A DNA stretch of 17,154 nt, taken from Promethearchaeota archaeon. GTDB taxonomy: Archaea; Asgardarchaeota; Lokiarchaeia; Sigyniarchaeales; SOKP01. Made by a program: the position numbers and the translations under genes. Shown in pieces: positions 1-8,933 of this stretch; position 1 is the stretch's first letter; each line of letters begins with the position of its first letter. The DNA lies in contig JAEOTZ010000084.1 of the NCBI GenBank assembly GCA_016839585.1, forward strand, positions 1 through 17,154, given 5' to 3'. The notes below the pieces were generated by a model that did not search any database, was not told the DNA's origin, and saw only the letters and a program-made list of their open reading frames with translations.

Positions 1-650
1 GGGCATCCTCTATTTATAATTACATTTGCAACATTATAAAAATATTTATCCTGAGTTAGTTTATAGCGAGCAGGTAGGGGTAGAGATTCAACATCTATAA
101 GTTTATCAGGATATCCTGTAAAAATGAACTCTCCTTTTGAGTTTATGTAAGAAATTCCTTTAATAGAATTCAGATCTACTTCAAAATCTTCTATTCTTTT
201 ATTTCTCTCTAATTTATCTCTTAAAATTTTTATTAACTTCAAGAAAGAAATCTCTGATTCTCCTACACATATAAAATTAATTAATTTTTCAGTTTTGTAA
301 TCATTTTCTAAAATTTTTCTAAAAAGAAAGGAAACATGTGGGCCACCTAATATTACACAATTATTTATATCTTGTTCTTTTATTATTCTTGCTATATCAA
401 GAGTTATATGGAAAGTATTTGTAAGAGATGTTATCCCCAAAATCTTGTAGTTGACAATTTTAGTTTTTATTAATTTTTTTAACTCTACTTTATTCATGTC
501 AATATATTGCTCAAGATCCAATATATCAACAGGAATATTATAACTATCCAATACTGCAGCTAAATATAAAATTCCTAAATTAGGTTCTCTGAAAAAATCT
601 GTTTGAATTTCAGAAGGTTTAGTAGTTTTAGGATTTATTAACAGAATCAT
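1..650 (-). CDS. B12 (cobalamin)-binding radical SAM protein, 3'-partial (runs off window start)
   Basis: Not in the ORF track; translated by hand from ATG 650-648: MILLINPKTT...EPNLGILYLAAVL...VDILDL...ILGITSLTNT...VILGGPHVSF...ICVGESE...IKGISY...LPLPARYKL...IINRGC(P). The PxLGxxYLAA, GGPH, GE and LPxP motifs are typical of the B12-binding domain. RGCP is the start of the CxxxCxxC radical SAM motif, cut by the window edge. The start overlaps the upstream gene's stop (ATGA). Confidence 0.9.
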   Translation of the reverse strand, partial: MILLINPKTTKPSEIQTDFFREPNLGILYLAAVLDSYNIPVDILDLEQYIDMNKVELKKLIKTKIVNYKILGITSLTNTFHITLDIARIIKEQDINNCVILGGPHVSFLFRKILENDYKTEKLINFICVGESEISFLKLIKILRDKLERNKRIEDFEVDLNSIKGISYINSKGEFIFTGYPDKLIDVESLPLPARYKLTQDKYFYNVANVIINRGC

Positions 651-1450
651 TTTTGTTGATTTTCTTTATCCTGAGGTAATTGTTTAGGTATATGAAAAGC
701 CTTAATTACATCTTTTAAATTACCAGGTTTGCTAAATTTTTCTTCATAAATTACAGGGATTTTTAACTCTAACGATGGAGCCTTATCCTCTCTATCAATA
801 TATAACTCAATACCTTGAATTTTACGCTCTTTTATAATTAATCTTGTTGAATAATTATGATCTTCAAAAAAAGTAAAGCCATTGTTTAATCGCCCCAATT
901 TTTCAGGTCGAGTAATTGATTTTTTTTCCGTAATGAGAGCTTCTGTAATTTCTTCATCCGTATAAATAGTCCCTCCAATTATTAGAAATCTTCTTATAAG
1001 ATTTTGAGGTTGAGGAATTTCATTAAGATATTCCATTGCTTTATTTAATTTTGGATTCGCTACAATCATAAAGTTAGATTGAGTCTCTTGAGTGGGTATT
1101 GGAAAATCGTGTTTTTCAATAGGTTTTGCTTGACCACCTCCAAGAGGTTTTTCTAATATCTCTTGAAATACTTGATGGTCTTTAGAATATAAATTTAACG
1201 TAAATGGCCTAAACCATCCTTTTAATTGTTTTCGAAACATACCAGCAATTATTCCACCATAAATTTGGTTTCTAAATGGGCTTTTAGGTCCATTATATGT
1301 CCAAATTCTCTTAGAATCATAGTCAATAAGTAAAAACACTTTTTCACTATTTTTTTCATTAATAATATCTCTAACAGTAGTACCCTCAATAACTGGATTA
1401 GTTCCCATAAAAGGAAATTCTTTTAACTCAACAACTTCAAATATTTGCAT
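647..1450 (-). CDS. Putative Asgard gelsolin-like single-domain protein with C-terminal domain of unknown function (267 aa)
   Basis: N-terminal segment NSEKVFLLIDYDSKRIWTYNGPKSPFRNQIYGGIIAGMFRKQ fits the gelsolin-repeat pattern (S-x-x-vfllD...iw.w.G..s + long helix). The C-terminal half is beta-rich (RRFLIIGGTIY...YSTRLIIKERKIQGIELY). Recognised by eye only. Confidence 0.55.
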   Translation of the reverse strand: MQIFEVVELKEFPFMGTNPVIEGTTVRDIINEKNSEKVFLLIDYDSKRIWTYNGPKSPFRNQIYGGIIAGMFRKQLKGWFRPFTLNLYSKDHQVFQEILEKPLGGGQAKPIEKHDFPIPTQETQSNFMIVANPKLNKAMEYLNEIPQPQNLIRRFLIIGGTIYTDEEITEALITEKKSITRPEKLGRLNNGFTFFEDHNYSTRLIIKERKIQGIELYIDREDKAPSLELKIPVIYEEKFSKPGNLKDVIKAFHIPKQLPQDKENQQK

Positions 1451-1470
1451 CGAGAAAGAATTTTTTGATT

Positions 1471-1480
1471 TTTTATATAA
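1471..1480 (-). promoter_or_regulatory. Candidate TATA box (TTATATAAAA) for the gelsolin-like/radical SAM operon
   Basis: On the minus strand it lies ~21-30 nt upstream of ATG 1450, a spacing consistent with a leaderless archaeal transcript. The AT-rich background lowers specificity. Confidence 0.35.
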
Positions 1481-1625
1481 TTTAATAGGATACTTCCCTT
1501 AAAATAAATTTCATCATTTTTTTATATTCTATAAATAAATCTGAATATTTACATATCATAAAATTTTTATGAAAATAAACATTTTTCATATCAATTTAGC
1601 TCTTTTAAGTTCTATGTGATGTATC

Positions 1626-2030
1626 TTGTCTTCTGAGAAACTAGTATATAAATTAAACATAAGTGGTGGGAATAAAGGTCCAGGTTCTGGATTATCTAAA
1701 TTAATTGAGATCGAGGAGAAAAAGTTCGGACCATTTGAAGGAAAAAAGATTGGCGATATTGTAAAAGGTGGTCTCATAGGTTTCGCAAATTACGAATTTG
1801 CAATCACAGGGGGTTCAGACTTTTCAGGATTCCCGATGAGAAAAGATGTTCATGGTCCTGTAAAGAAAAGAATATTAGTTTCAAAAAGAGCAATAGGGTA
1901 TAAGCCACGAAGAAAGGGTGAAAAACGGCGTAAAACTGTACGTGGTAATGAGATCACCTCTGATATGACTTTGGTCAATTTGAAAATTATAAAGTATGGA
2001 GAATCCGAATTATTTAAGAAAGTGGAGTAA
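1626..2030 (+). CDS. rps6e: 30S ribosomal protein S6e
   Basis: YKLNIS...GKKIGDIVKG...ITGGSDFSGFPMRKDVHG...GYKPRRKGEKRRKTVRGNEI...VNLKI is the canonical S6e signature. TTG start. Confidence 0.97.
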   Translation: MSSEKLVYKLNISGGNKGPGSGLSKLIEIEEKKFGPFEGKKIGDIVKGGLIGFANYEFAITGGSDFSGFPMRKDVHGPVKKRILVSKRAIGYKPRRKGEKRRKTVRGNEITSDMTLVNLKIIKYGESELFKKVE

Positions 2031-2035
2031 TAGAG

Positions 2036-2218
2036 ATGGTAAAGGTAAAAAAATGTAGTTTTTGTGGCTATGATATTCCAATCGGTCGTGGAATTATGTT
2101 TATCAGAAGAGATGGCACTATTTTAAATTTTTGTACTAATAAGTGTAGAAAATCAATGTTAATATACAAGAAGAATCCCCGTAAAACGCGTTGGACAGCA
2201 CATTATGGGAAACAATAG
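2036..2218 (+). CDS. rpl24e: 50S ribosomal protein L24e
   Basis: CSFCGYDIPIGRGIMFIRRDGTILNFCTNKC...KNPRKTRWT is the L24e (TRASH zinc) signature. It lies 5 nt after the rps6e stop, with GGAG inside the end of rps6e as a likely SD. Confidence 0.97.
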   Translation: MVKVKKCSFCGYDIPIGRGIMFIRRDGTILNFCTNKCRKSMLIYKKNPRKTRWTAHYGKQ

Positions 2219-2663
2219 AATCTAATTATTATATTCCTGTAGTAATTTAATTAACTATGCTAAAAAAAATTAATTGAAATAAGCTTACATCAATTAAATC
2301 TTTTGAAAAATTATTATAACCTTGATTATCCCAATTAATGAAGCACTAATTATTATGATAAATGAAGAAATATATGGTAATTAATATATAGTAATTTTTT
2401 TCGCATAATCTATATTAGAATCTTTTGATATTTATATACTGATTTTCTAATTGAATGATGTATTTATGAATAGAATTTTTAATATATTATCAAAAGAACG
2501 AAAAATAAGAGTTGGAACTAAAGATTAATTAATATTTAGGATATTTCTCATAAAGTCCCTTTAGATAAGAACACCTAAAAATATAGAAAACTTTTTTTTA
2601 AATTATTCATATAATATTTTATAGGAAATATTTTATAAAAAATGTAAATCTTTTTAAACAAAA

Positions 2664-2669
2664 GGAGGA
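2664..2669 (+). promoter_or_regulatory. Shine-Dalgarno GGAGGA for rpoN
   Basis: GGAGG ends 10 nt before ATT 2679, the position equivalent to RpoN Met1. Confidence 0.6.
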
Positions 2670-2678
2670 AGATGTCTC

Positions 2679-2879
2679 ATTATTATACCAATACGTTGCT
2701 TCAGTTGTGGGAAATTAATAGCCCATGTCTATAAACCCTACTTAGAAATGTTGGAAAAAGGAGAGAGTTCTGAAGATGCATACAAACAACTAGGCATTGA
2801 AAGATTTTGCTGTAAAAGAATGATTACGTCTCACGTCGACTTGATAGATGATCTCCTAAAATTCTCAAGACTCCAATAA
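2679..2879 (+). CDS. rpoN: DNA-directed RNA polymerase subunit N (Rpo10/RPB10), 66 aa, apparent ATT start
   Basis: Not in the ORF track. Translation (I/M)IIPIRCFSCGKLIAHVYKPYLEMLEKGESSEDAYKQLGIERFCCKRMITSHVDLIDDLLKFSRLQ* matches the RpoN consensus MIIPVRCFxCGK...LG..RxCCRRM...HVD. An in-frame TAA at 2655-2657 leaves no ATG/GTG/TTG before the conserved N-terminus. Confidence 0.95.
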   Translation: MIIPIRCFSCGKLIAHVYKPYLEMLEKGESSEDAYKQLGIERFCCKRMITSHVDLIDDLLKFSRLQ

Positions 2880-2937
2880 AATATTTTCAATTAACCAAAC
2901 TCGAACTTAAATTTTCTAAAAAGTAGATAGAGCTAAT

Positions 2938-2952
2938 AAAAAAATAAAAAAA
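2938..2952 (-). terminator. Oligo-T terminator candidate (T7-A-T7 on minus strand)
   Basis: Immediately follows the TAA (2954-2956) of the LAGLIDADG gene. Archaeal intrinsic terminators are U-tracts. Confidence 0.5.
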
Positions 2953-2953
2953 T

Positions 2954-5677
2954 TTAAGTAAGATCTCCTAAATATTTATCTTTGAAGGTTCTAAACTTAT
3001 CATTAAATTCGTGCTTCCAATTTTTGCCCTCTAATGTCATCCAGTAAGAACGAGGTAGGACCCCAACACTCCATTCATCACATAGTTTTTTAAACGTCTG
3101 AAAACTAACACCAAGAACTTCTGCTAGCTTAGCTCTAGGTCCTATTAAAAGTAATCTTTCGAGATTTTCTTTATCTTTTATCTTTTCTTTCAACTTGACG
3201 TACGCATATTTATAAGTTGTCATAGGATAGTATTCCCTTTTTCTTTCCATACTATATTCATAAGATTCCATCATTTTATTGAATACATCTGCTCCAAGAG
3301 ATAAATACCATGTATTCTTTGTTTTACTATACATGTAAACTACAAATTGATGCTTTTTACCTTTATGATGAAGTCTTACATCATTTCTCACATTAAATTC
3401 CCTTTTAATTTGTTCAAGAAATTTTTTATTTGAGGAGATGATTTTGGTTGCACCTTCCTCTCCATCTCCATCATAAAATCCCAATAAGATGGAGTATTTA
3501 ACTCTATTACTCAATTCAGTAAAAAATCCATTCTTTAAAGCTTTCCCAGATTTAAATTTAAAGAATCCTAATTTTTTTAAGTCATCCATCATAGGTTTGC
3601 ATCCAACCCTAACTCCATATTGCTTAGAGAACTCACCTGATTTTTTAACAATCCTTTTATCTATTCTATTTTCAAGCTTATTTGAAATTTGAAGATCTTC
3701 ACGAAATCTCTCTATAACTTTTATATCATTTTTTTCCAAAAAAAGCCCAATATTATTTCTCTCTTTATCAATAAGTCCGTCAGCCAATAATAGTCCAAAA
3801 TAATATCCACTTTTACTATTATCTAAAATTTTAAAGAAATCATATTTCAAGTTAGGGTTATGAATCTGCCACTGTTGATGTCTATAATCCAAAATATTCA
3901 TTTCATTTTTATATTTCATAATAACCTTAAAACACCCTTCTATACTTTCCTTTCCAAATTTCTTAATAAGCGAATCAAGAAAGGCCTCTAATTGGTCATT
4001 TGAAAATTTAAAGTAAGGATTATAAGAAGGATATCCTTTATTTATTAATCTGTTCTTCACAGAGCGTAAATATCTCTCATTCATACCAATATAAAGTGAA
4101 AACTTATCATAAGATAATTTACCTTTTGGTTTTTCATCTTTGGGTACTAATTTTCCCACTTCATTTCGAAGATCCTCAATATAATCTAAAGTATTATATC
4201 CTGATCCTTTATTACTTACATCTTTTTCCTCTGAGTAGAAAAATGATTTTTCTTTTTTGAGTGATTCCCTATTAACGTTATAATTAGCGAGATCTTGAAT
4301 GATAGCTAATTCTATTTTCGAATGATTCGATTTTTTAGTTTTTGTATGAGTAATTTTGTAAACAGTATTTATTAGCTTTTGTAGAAATGATAGAAAGTTT
4401 TCTTTATAGAGCATATCAGATTTTAATATGGCTTGTAATTTTTCATATTCCTTTTGAAATTCTTCTAGAGAGAGGTTATAAAACTTCTTTAAAAATTCCG
4501 GTTTAATATTTTTTTCTTCTAGAATTTCATCCATAATCTCATTTGCAAATCTTAAGTTATTAGAAGGATTTAATTTTCTGGGATCAGATTGTAATGGTGT
4601 TAAATTTAGGGATGAATCAAGAACATAGTGAATAATTCTACTTAGAATCAAAGTTAAATTGAGCTTTAAATAAGGTGAAAAATTAGTATCATCTTCAAAA
4701 AAGTTACTTTCTTTTAATTCTTCAGCAAATAATTTTTGAAATCCTCTGAGCTTAGTGGAATAACCTTTATTATATGTTAATTTATAGACTAGTTTTATTA
4801 ATGAGCAGACATGGTCAATAAAGCTTTCACGGTAAACCCAATCGATTTCGAGGTCCTTTTTTAGTTTTCTATATGATTTAGAGAAATTTCTCTTGAAATC
4901 ATTATTTAAAACTAACGCTGTTATATCTTTAGCAGTGTTTAATGTATATCGCTTAGTTAATTCATTTTTAATGTGCTTTAAATCTAAGACGTGCCCCTGA
5001 GCCGTGATAATTCTATATATTTTTCTACATAGGAGTATTGTTAAAGAGTAGAAGAATGAGTTTTTAGTTTTAGCATTGATTTTAAACCCATATTTTTCTT
5101 TTAATTTTTTTACAGCTTTCCGATTATATTTAGCGAGATTTGAGAATTCATAATCTCCATTAATTAATCTAAAAACAAATTTGATATTCTCTATAAAATA
5201 AGGCAGATAATTGGATTGATTTTTTTTCTTCTTTTTTAAGCCGAACTGGAATTTCTCAAAATAATTTTCAATCTTTTTCTTTGAGGTTTTAGTCAATAAC
5301 TCAGCACTATCGGAAGGTAGGGAAAGAGATAATAATGCTTTTCGTAATTTTTTAGCAAGGCTTAACATCTGCGATTGTTTAAGATCCTCTTGGTGCTTTA
5401 AACGTCTCACGATTGAAAAATTAGCTTTCAGCAATTCATAAATCTTCTGATATGTAAAGTTTCTAATTTCTTGGCTTAATTCTTCAGTAGAATAAGAAAA
5501 TCTTATTTTCTTCTGTTCTAGTTGTGAATTTTCTTGATTTTGTGCATATACAGAACTATTTAGAGCACCGCAAAATTCACAATATATAGGTTTATTGTCT
5601 ATTTGATTTTGTTTTATAGGTTCACCACATTCTTCACAAGTCAAATCAGATTTGGTCTCTGAGGGATTTTTAATCAT
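2954..5677 (-). CDS. Free-standing two-motif LAGLIDADG homing-endonuclease-family protein with N-terminal Zn ribbon, three helical repeats and HTH-like segments (907 aa)
   Basis: Motif 1 YFGLLLADG (aa 626-634, nt 3802-3776) is preceded by FFKILDNSKSGY; motif 2 is LLGFYDGDG (aa 731-739, nt 3487-3461). N-terminal CEECG...CEFCG. HTH-like LSYDKFSLYIGMNERYLRSV and RAKLAEVLGVSFQTFKKLC. Confidence 0.85.
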   Translation of the reverse strand: MIKNPSETKSDLTCEECGEPIKQNQIDNKPIYCEFCGALNSSVYAQNQENSQLEQKKIRFSYSTEELSQEIRNFTYQKIYELLKANFSIVRRLKHQEDLKQSQMLSLAKKLRKALLSLSLPSDSAELLTKTSKKKIENYFEKFQFGLKKKKKNQSNYLPYFIENIKFVFRLINGDYEFSNLAKYNRKAVKKLKEKYGFKINAKTKNSFFYSLTILLCRKIYRIITAQGHVLDLKHIKNELTKRYTLNTAKDITALVLNNDFKRNFSKSYRKLKKDLEIDWVYRESFIDHVCSLIKLVYKLTYNKGYSTKLRGFQKLFAEELKESNFFEDDTNFSPYLKLNLTLILSRIIHYVLDSSLNLTPLQSDPRKLNPSNNLRFANEIMDEILEEKNIKPEFLKKFYNLSLEEFQKEYEKLQAILKSDMLYKENFLSFLQKLINTVYKITHTKTKKSNHSKIELAIIQDLANYNVNRESLKKEKSFFYSEEKDVSNKGSGYNTLDYIEDLRNEVGKLVPKDEKPKGKLSYDKFSLYIGMNERYLRSVKNRLINKGYPSYNPYFKFSNDQLEAFLDSLIKKFGKESIEGCFKVIMKYKNEMNILDYRHQQWQIHNPNLKYDFFKILDNSKSGYYFGLLLADGLIDKERNNIGLFLEKNDIKVIERFREDLQISNKLENRIDKRIVKKSGEFSKQYGVRVGCKPMMDDLKKLGFFKFKSGKALKNGFFTELSNRVKYSILLGFYDGDGEEGATKIISSNKKFLEQIKREFNVRNDVRLHHKGKKHQFVVYMYSKTKNTWYLSLGADVFNKMMESYEYSMERKREYYPMTTYKYAYVKLKEKIKDKENLERLLLIGPRAKLAEVLGVSFQTFKKLCDEWSVGVLPRSYWMTLEGKNWKHEFNDKFRTFKDKYLGDLT
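4280..5482 (-). repeat. Three tandem ~120-135 aa degenerate protein-level repeats within the LAGLIDADG gene
   Basis: aa ~66-197, ~207-326, ~336-466. Starts: FTYQKIYELL / LLCRKIYRII / ILSRIIHYVL. Ends: IKFVFRLINGDYEFSNLAKYNRKAVKKLK / IKLVYKLTYNKGYSTKLRGFQKLFAEELK / INTVYKITHTKTKKSNHSKIELAIIQDLA. Confidence 0.7.
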
Positions 5678-5846
5678 TTTATTCCTGTTGTATTAATTTT
5701 TAGTTAGTTTCACAGCAATTCTGTTATTTATTTATAAATAAAAAATAAAAAAAAATTAAAAACTTACAAAAAAGTCCATTTTTCTTTAAATATAAATAGC
5801 AAATAGGTGATTAAATTAAAAATAATTAAATAGGAAAACAGTCAGC

Positions 5847-8800
5847 ATGAAAAAAAATAAAATTATTGTATTGGTATTAATGGTTGTAGTTTGTCAAATT
5901 ATCTTCACATTTCAAATTAATAATATTAAATATAGAGTAGATTCAGATTATGATCAGCAATATTATGATAAGAGAGTTGAATCTGAAACCAAAAATCAAC
6001 CAAAAATTTCAACATGTAAAAATATGGACAACATTGAAAGTATCTTTGACAGGAAACTTAGTGATTTTGAATTATATGGGTATTTTCCTCAGATTTACGA
6101 ACCTTCATTACAAGCTACCTATTATGGGCTGTATATTCTAGATACTCTTGGTAATTTAGGAGAAGTAAATAAGACCGCAATAACAAATTATATAATCTCT
6201 ACTTATAATCAAGAATCTAATTTATTTTTCGATGATTATTCTTATCGATACTTGGATATAGATCTCTCACAAGCATATTATCCTTTGACATCTATCCTTG
6301 AAGTCAATTGTTATGCTATTTTATCCTTAAATATATTAAACAAATTAGATTTAATTGATAGACAAAAATTTATCGATTTCATATGGAATTGTTATAATCC
6401 CGGTACAAGTGGATTTATAGGACAACCATATAATGTAGATTTAGAAGACTCTTTTAAAATTTCTACAATGGATAATACATATTTTGCAGTTATAACATTA
6501 AATTTGCTAATGGATGATTGGAATAGTTATTCAACACGAAAAAATGAGATAATACAATATATAAATGACTTACAAGATTCAATAAATACTGATTGGAGAT
6601 ATGGAGGATTTTATAATGATAAGGATAATTCATTTAATAGTGTTAAACCACTTCATGAACCCAACCTTCTTTCTTCTTACTACTGTCTCAAAACATTAGA
6701 AATCTTTGGAATGGAAGAGTCTATTAACATTAATAGCTTTCATCAATTTCTCAGTAAGTTATATATGGATGACCATTATTTTAAAATGTCCAATCCTGAA
6801 CATAACATAACAAATCTTATTGCAACTGCAATTGGGTTAGAACTTTCTAAAATAACGGGATTTTCAGGAATAAATGAAATTTCGGTAATCAATTTCATTA
6901 TGAATAATAGAAATTCTCAAGGTACTTGGGATTCCTCCACAACAGTTAAAATGCATGAGTTAATGGATATTTTCCAAATTATTCGAGCTTTAAATAATAG
7001 TGGAGCAATTTCTAACCTAACTTCGCTAGATAAATCTGAGATTTTAACAGCACTTAATAACTATCATCAACTTAAAGGATTTTCCCTTATCTCTCAAGAA
7101 TACACATCCCTTAATCTACTTAATACCATTATCTCCTCATTTCAATTATTTGATAGGGTTTCAGAATTAGAAATACAAGACATATATAATGATATAAAGG
7201 ATTGTTTCAGGTATAATGATTATCCTGAAGATTGGTATGTTTTTTTACCTTACATTAATGCAGATCCTATGAAGCCTGAATTTCGCTCGTACCCAATTGA
7301 ATATTATAATAGAGGATATCATAATTACATTACCAGAATTGATTTTTTTACTTCATATAAATCCATGTACTTTGCCTTAAATTCAATGAATAAATTATTT
7401 AAATTGGATGATTTTGGAGGAGAGGTTGATTTAACTAATTTAATTGACGATGTCATCCAATCACAATTTTTAAATGACTCTTTTCCTGAAGCTCACGGGG
7501 CTTTTTTACCTATGCGCGGATATACCTTTTTTTCCCTTGAAAGCCAATTACAGAAAATCTTTTTTGAATATTCATATTATGCGATAAAATCATTAGAATT
7601 GCTTGTAGATGATCTGAATTTAGGAAAAGTAAATGATTTATCTTTCAATAAAGCAGCACTATATGAGTACATTAAAAGAAATATCATTGAAACCTCCTCC
7701 ATACTCTATTTTGATCCTCAATACACATCTAATATCGAAATAGTCTTACAAAACACATATTACGCGATATATGTTTTACAAGCACTTGATCTTTATGACT
7801 TAAATAATCAAAAAATCAAAGAATTTGTGCTCCAAAACTTAAATTACAATAACATAAATAACATCTATTATTCATACAAAATCTCAGAAATCTTGGGTAT
7901 TAATCTTGAATTCAATTATGATTTAATAATTAATTTAGCTGAACTGCTTTATTCGGGAGATTTAAATGAGTTTTACTTGAGTTCAAATCGTCAAATGGTT
8001 AGCCAAGAGATTTTTCTCTGGATTTGTGAAATGGCACTAAACAGTGATTTAGAAATTGTATGTGAATATATAGAACAAATAATTTTAGGGGGGGTTAATA
8101 GTCTTACAGTATCATTTCAAAATTTGATTATTGATGATTTCGGGGATGAAATTTCGGTTGTTTTTGAAAGCTTGCAGCTTGGGATAATAAATCTTGAGAA
8201 ATTAGTTGACAACACATATTATAAAGATTTCAAAATACCTGAAAATCCCAGTTGTTATCCAAAAGTAGAGGGTATTGTGGCGATCTATAAAGGCTATGAG
8301 CAATTAGGGCAAATTCCAGTCAATATTAGGACATTCTATGTGTTTCATGATTCTGGCTTGAAAATAATAGACTCCCGTCAAGAACTTATCTTTGAGATGA
8401 ATATCTCTTACGAATTTTCATCAGGGCACAATCCAGCATCCAATTCAATGGTAGTAGGTAATATTTATAGAAATTTTTTAATGGTGGACTCTATTGAACT
8501 TGAAAGAGAGGATTATTCTGATTTATCTAAATTTACTATGTATTATGAAAATCGGGATAATATTGACTATTCTATTCGATTTTTAATTTATGATGGATTT
8601 CATCCTGATGGAATGATTTTATATGAATACGATATAAATCCTTCAGAGCCCATTAACCCTGGTGGAGGGAATTCTCCAATATCCTCAATTATATTATCAA
8701 CTATATCTTTTTTCATCTATGTAGGTATTTGTGGAGTTTTGTTATATATTTCCTTTAAAATTACAAAACTAGTTTTTCGAAAAAAGCGTAGAAGGAAAAA

Positions 8801-8894
8801 AGACAATACTCCTTTAAAATTAGAATTAGAAATTAAGAAGGGTAAAAAAATGAAAGATGTATTTGATGATATATTGAGTAATGAAGATCTATAA
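5847..8894 (+). CDS. Secreted, C-terminally anchored prenyltransferase/squalene oxidase repeat (alpha/alpha toroid) protein (1015 aa)
   Basis: N-terminal signal/TM (MKKNKIIVLVLMVVVC). Repeated motifs QATYYGLYILDTLG, DNTYFAVITLNLL, LSSYYCLKTLEIFG, EYSYYAIKSLELL, QNTYYAIYVLQALD, with GF/GGF turns. A beta-rich region, a Pro/Gly linker, a C-terminal TM (IILSTISFFIYVGICGVLLYISF) and a basic tail (RKKRRRKK) follow. Confidence 0.75.
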   Translation: MKKNKIIVLVLMVVVCQIIFTFQINNIKYRVDSDYDQQYYDKRVESETKNQPKISTCKNMDNIESIFDRKLSDFELYGYFPQIYEPSLQATYYGLYILDTLGNLGEVNKTAITNYIISTYNQESNLFFDDYSYRYLDIDLSQAYYPLTSILEVNCYAILSLNILNKLDLIDRQKFIDFIWNCYNPGTSGFIGQPYNVDLEDSFKISTMDNTYFAVITLNLLMDDWNSYSTRKNEIIQYINDLQDSINTDWRYGGFYNDKDNSFNSVKPLHEPNLLSSYYCLKTLEIFGMEESININSFHQFLSKLYMDDHYFKMSNPEHNITNLIATAIGLELSKITGFSGINEISVINFIMNNRNSQGTWDSSTTVKMHELMDIFQIIRALNNSGAISNLTSLDKSEILTALNNYHQLKGFSLISQEYTSLNLLNTIISSFQLFDRVSELEIQDIYNDIKDCFRYNDYPEDWYVFLPYINADPMKPEFRSYPIEYYNRGYHNYITRIDFFTSYKSMYFALNSMNKLFKLDDFGGEVDLTNLIDDVIQSQFLNDSFPEAHGAFLPMRGYTFFSLESQLQKIFFEYSYYAIKSLELLVDDLNLGKVNDLSFNKAALYEYIKRNIIETSSILYFDPQYTSNIEIVLQNTYYAIYVLQALDLYDLNNQKIKEFVLQNLNYNNINNIYYSYKISEILGINLEFNYDLIINLAELLYSGDLNEFYLSSNRQMVSQEIFLWICEMALNSDLEIVCEYIEQIILGGVNSLTVSFQNLIIDDFGDEISVVFESLQLGIINLEKLVDNTYYKDFKIPENPSCYPKVEGIVAIYKGYEQLGQIPVNIRTFYVFHDSGLKIIDSRQELIFEMNISYEFSSGHNPASNSMVVGNIYRNFLMVDSIELEREDYSDLSKFTMYYENRDNIDYSIRFLIYDGFHPDGMILYEYDINPSEPINPGGGNSPISSIILSTISFFIYVGICGVLLYISFKITKLVFRKKRRRKKDNTPLKLELEIKKGKKMKDVFDDILSNEDL

Positions 8895-8933
8895 TTTATA
8901 AGGAAAAAAGTAAAAAGAGAAGCGTGAAAGAAA

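Noticed and set aside
647-649. TGA as selenocysteine readthrough
   Set aside because: The downstream gene begins in a different frame with its own ATG (standard ATGA overlap); no SECIS-like hairpin noticed.
1586-1777. 63-aa minus-strand ORF
   Set aside because: Antisense shadow of rps6e; no recognisable motifs.
2219-2660. Possible tRNA/ncRNA in long intergenic spacer
   Set aside because: Extremely AT-rich with no GC stems or cloverleaf; nothing supportable.
3489-3692. 67-aa plus-strand ORF
   Set aside because: Antisense to the LAGLIDADG domain.
2954-5677. Intein or intron-encoded status of the LAGLIDADG
   Set aside because: No Cys/Ser-initiated Hint block, no His-Asn-Cys/Ser/Thr junction after the nuclease, and no interrupted RNA or protein gene flanking it.
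5950-6141. 63-aa alternative-frame ORF
   Set aside because: Nested out of frame within the 1015-aa gene; composition typical of an off-frame reading.
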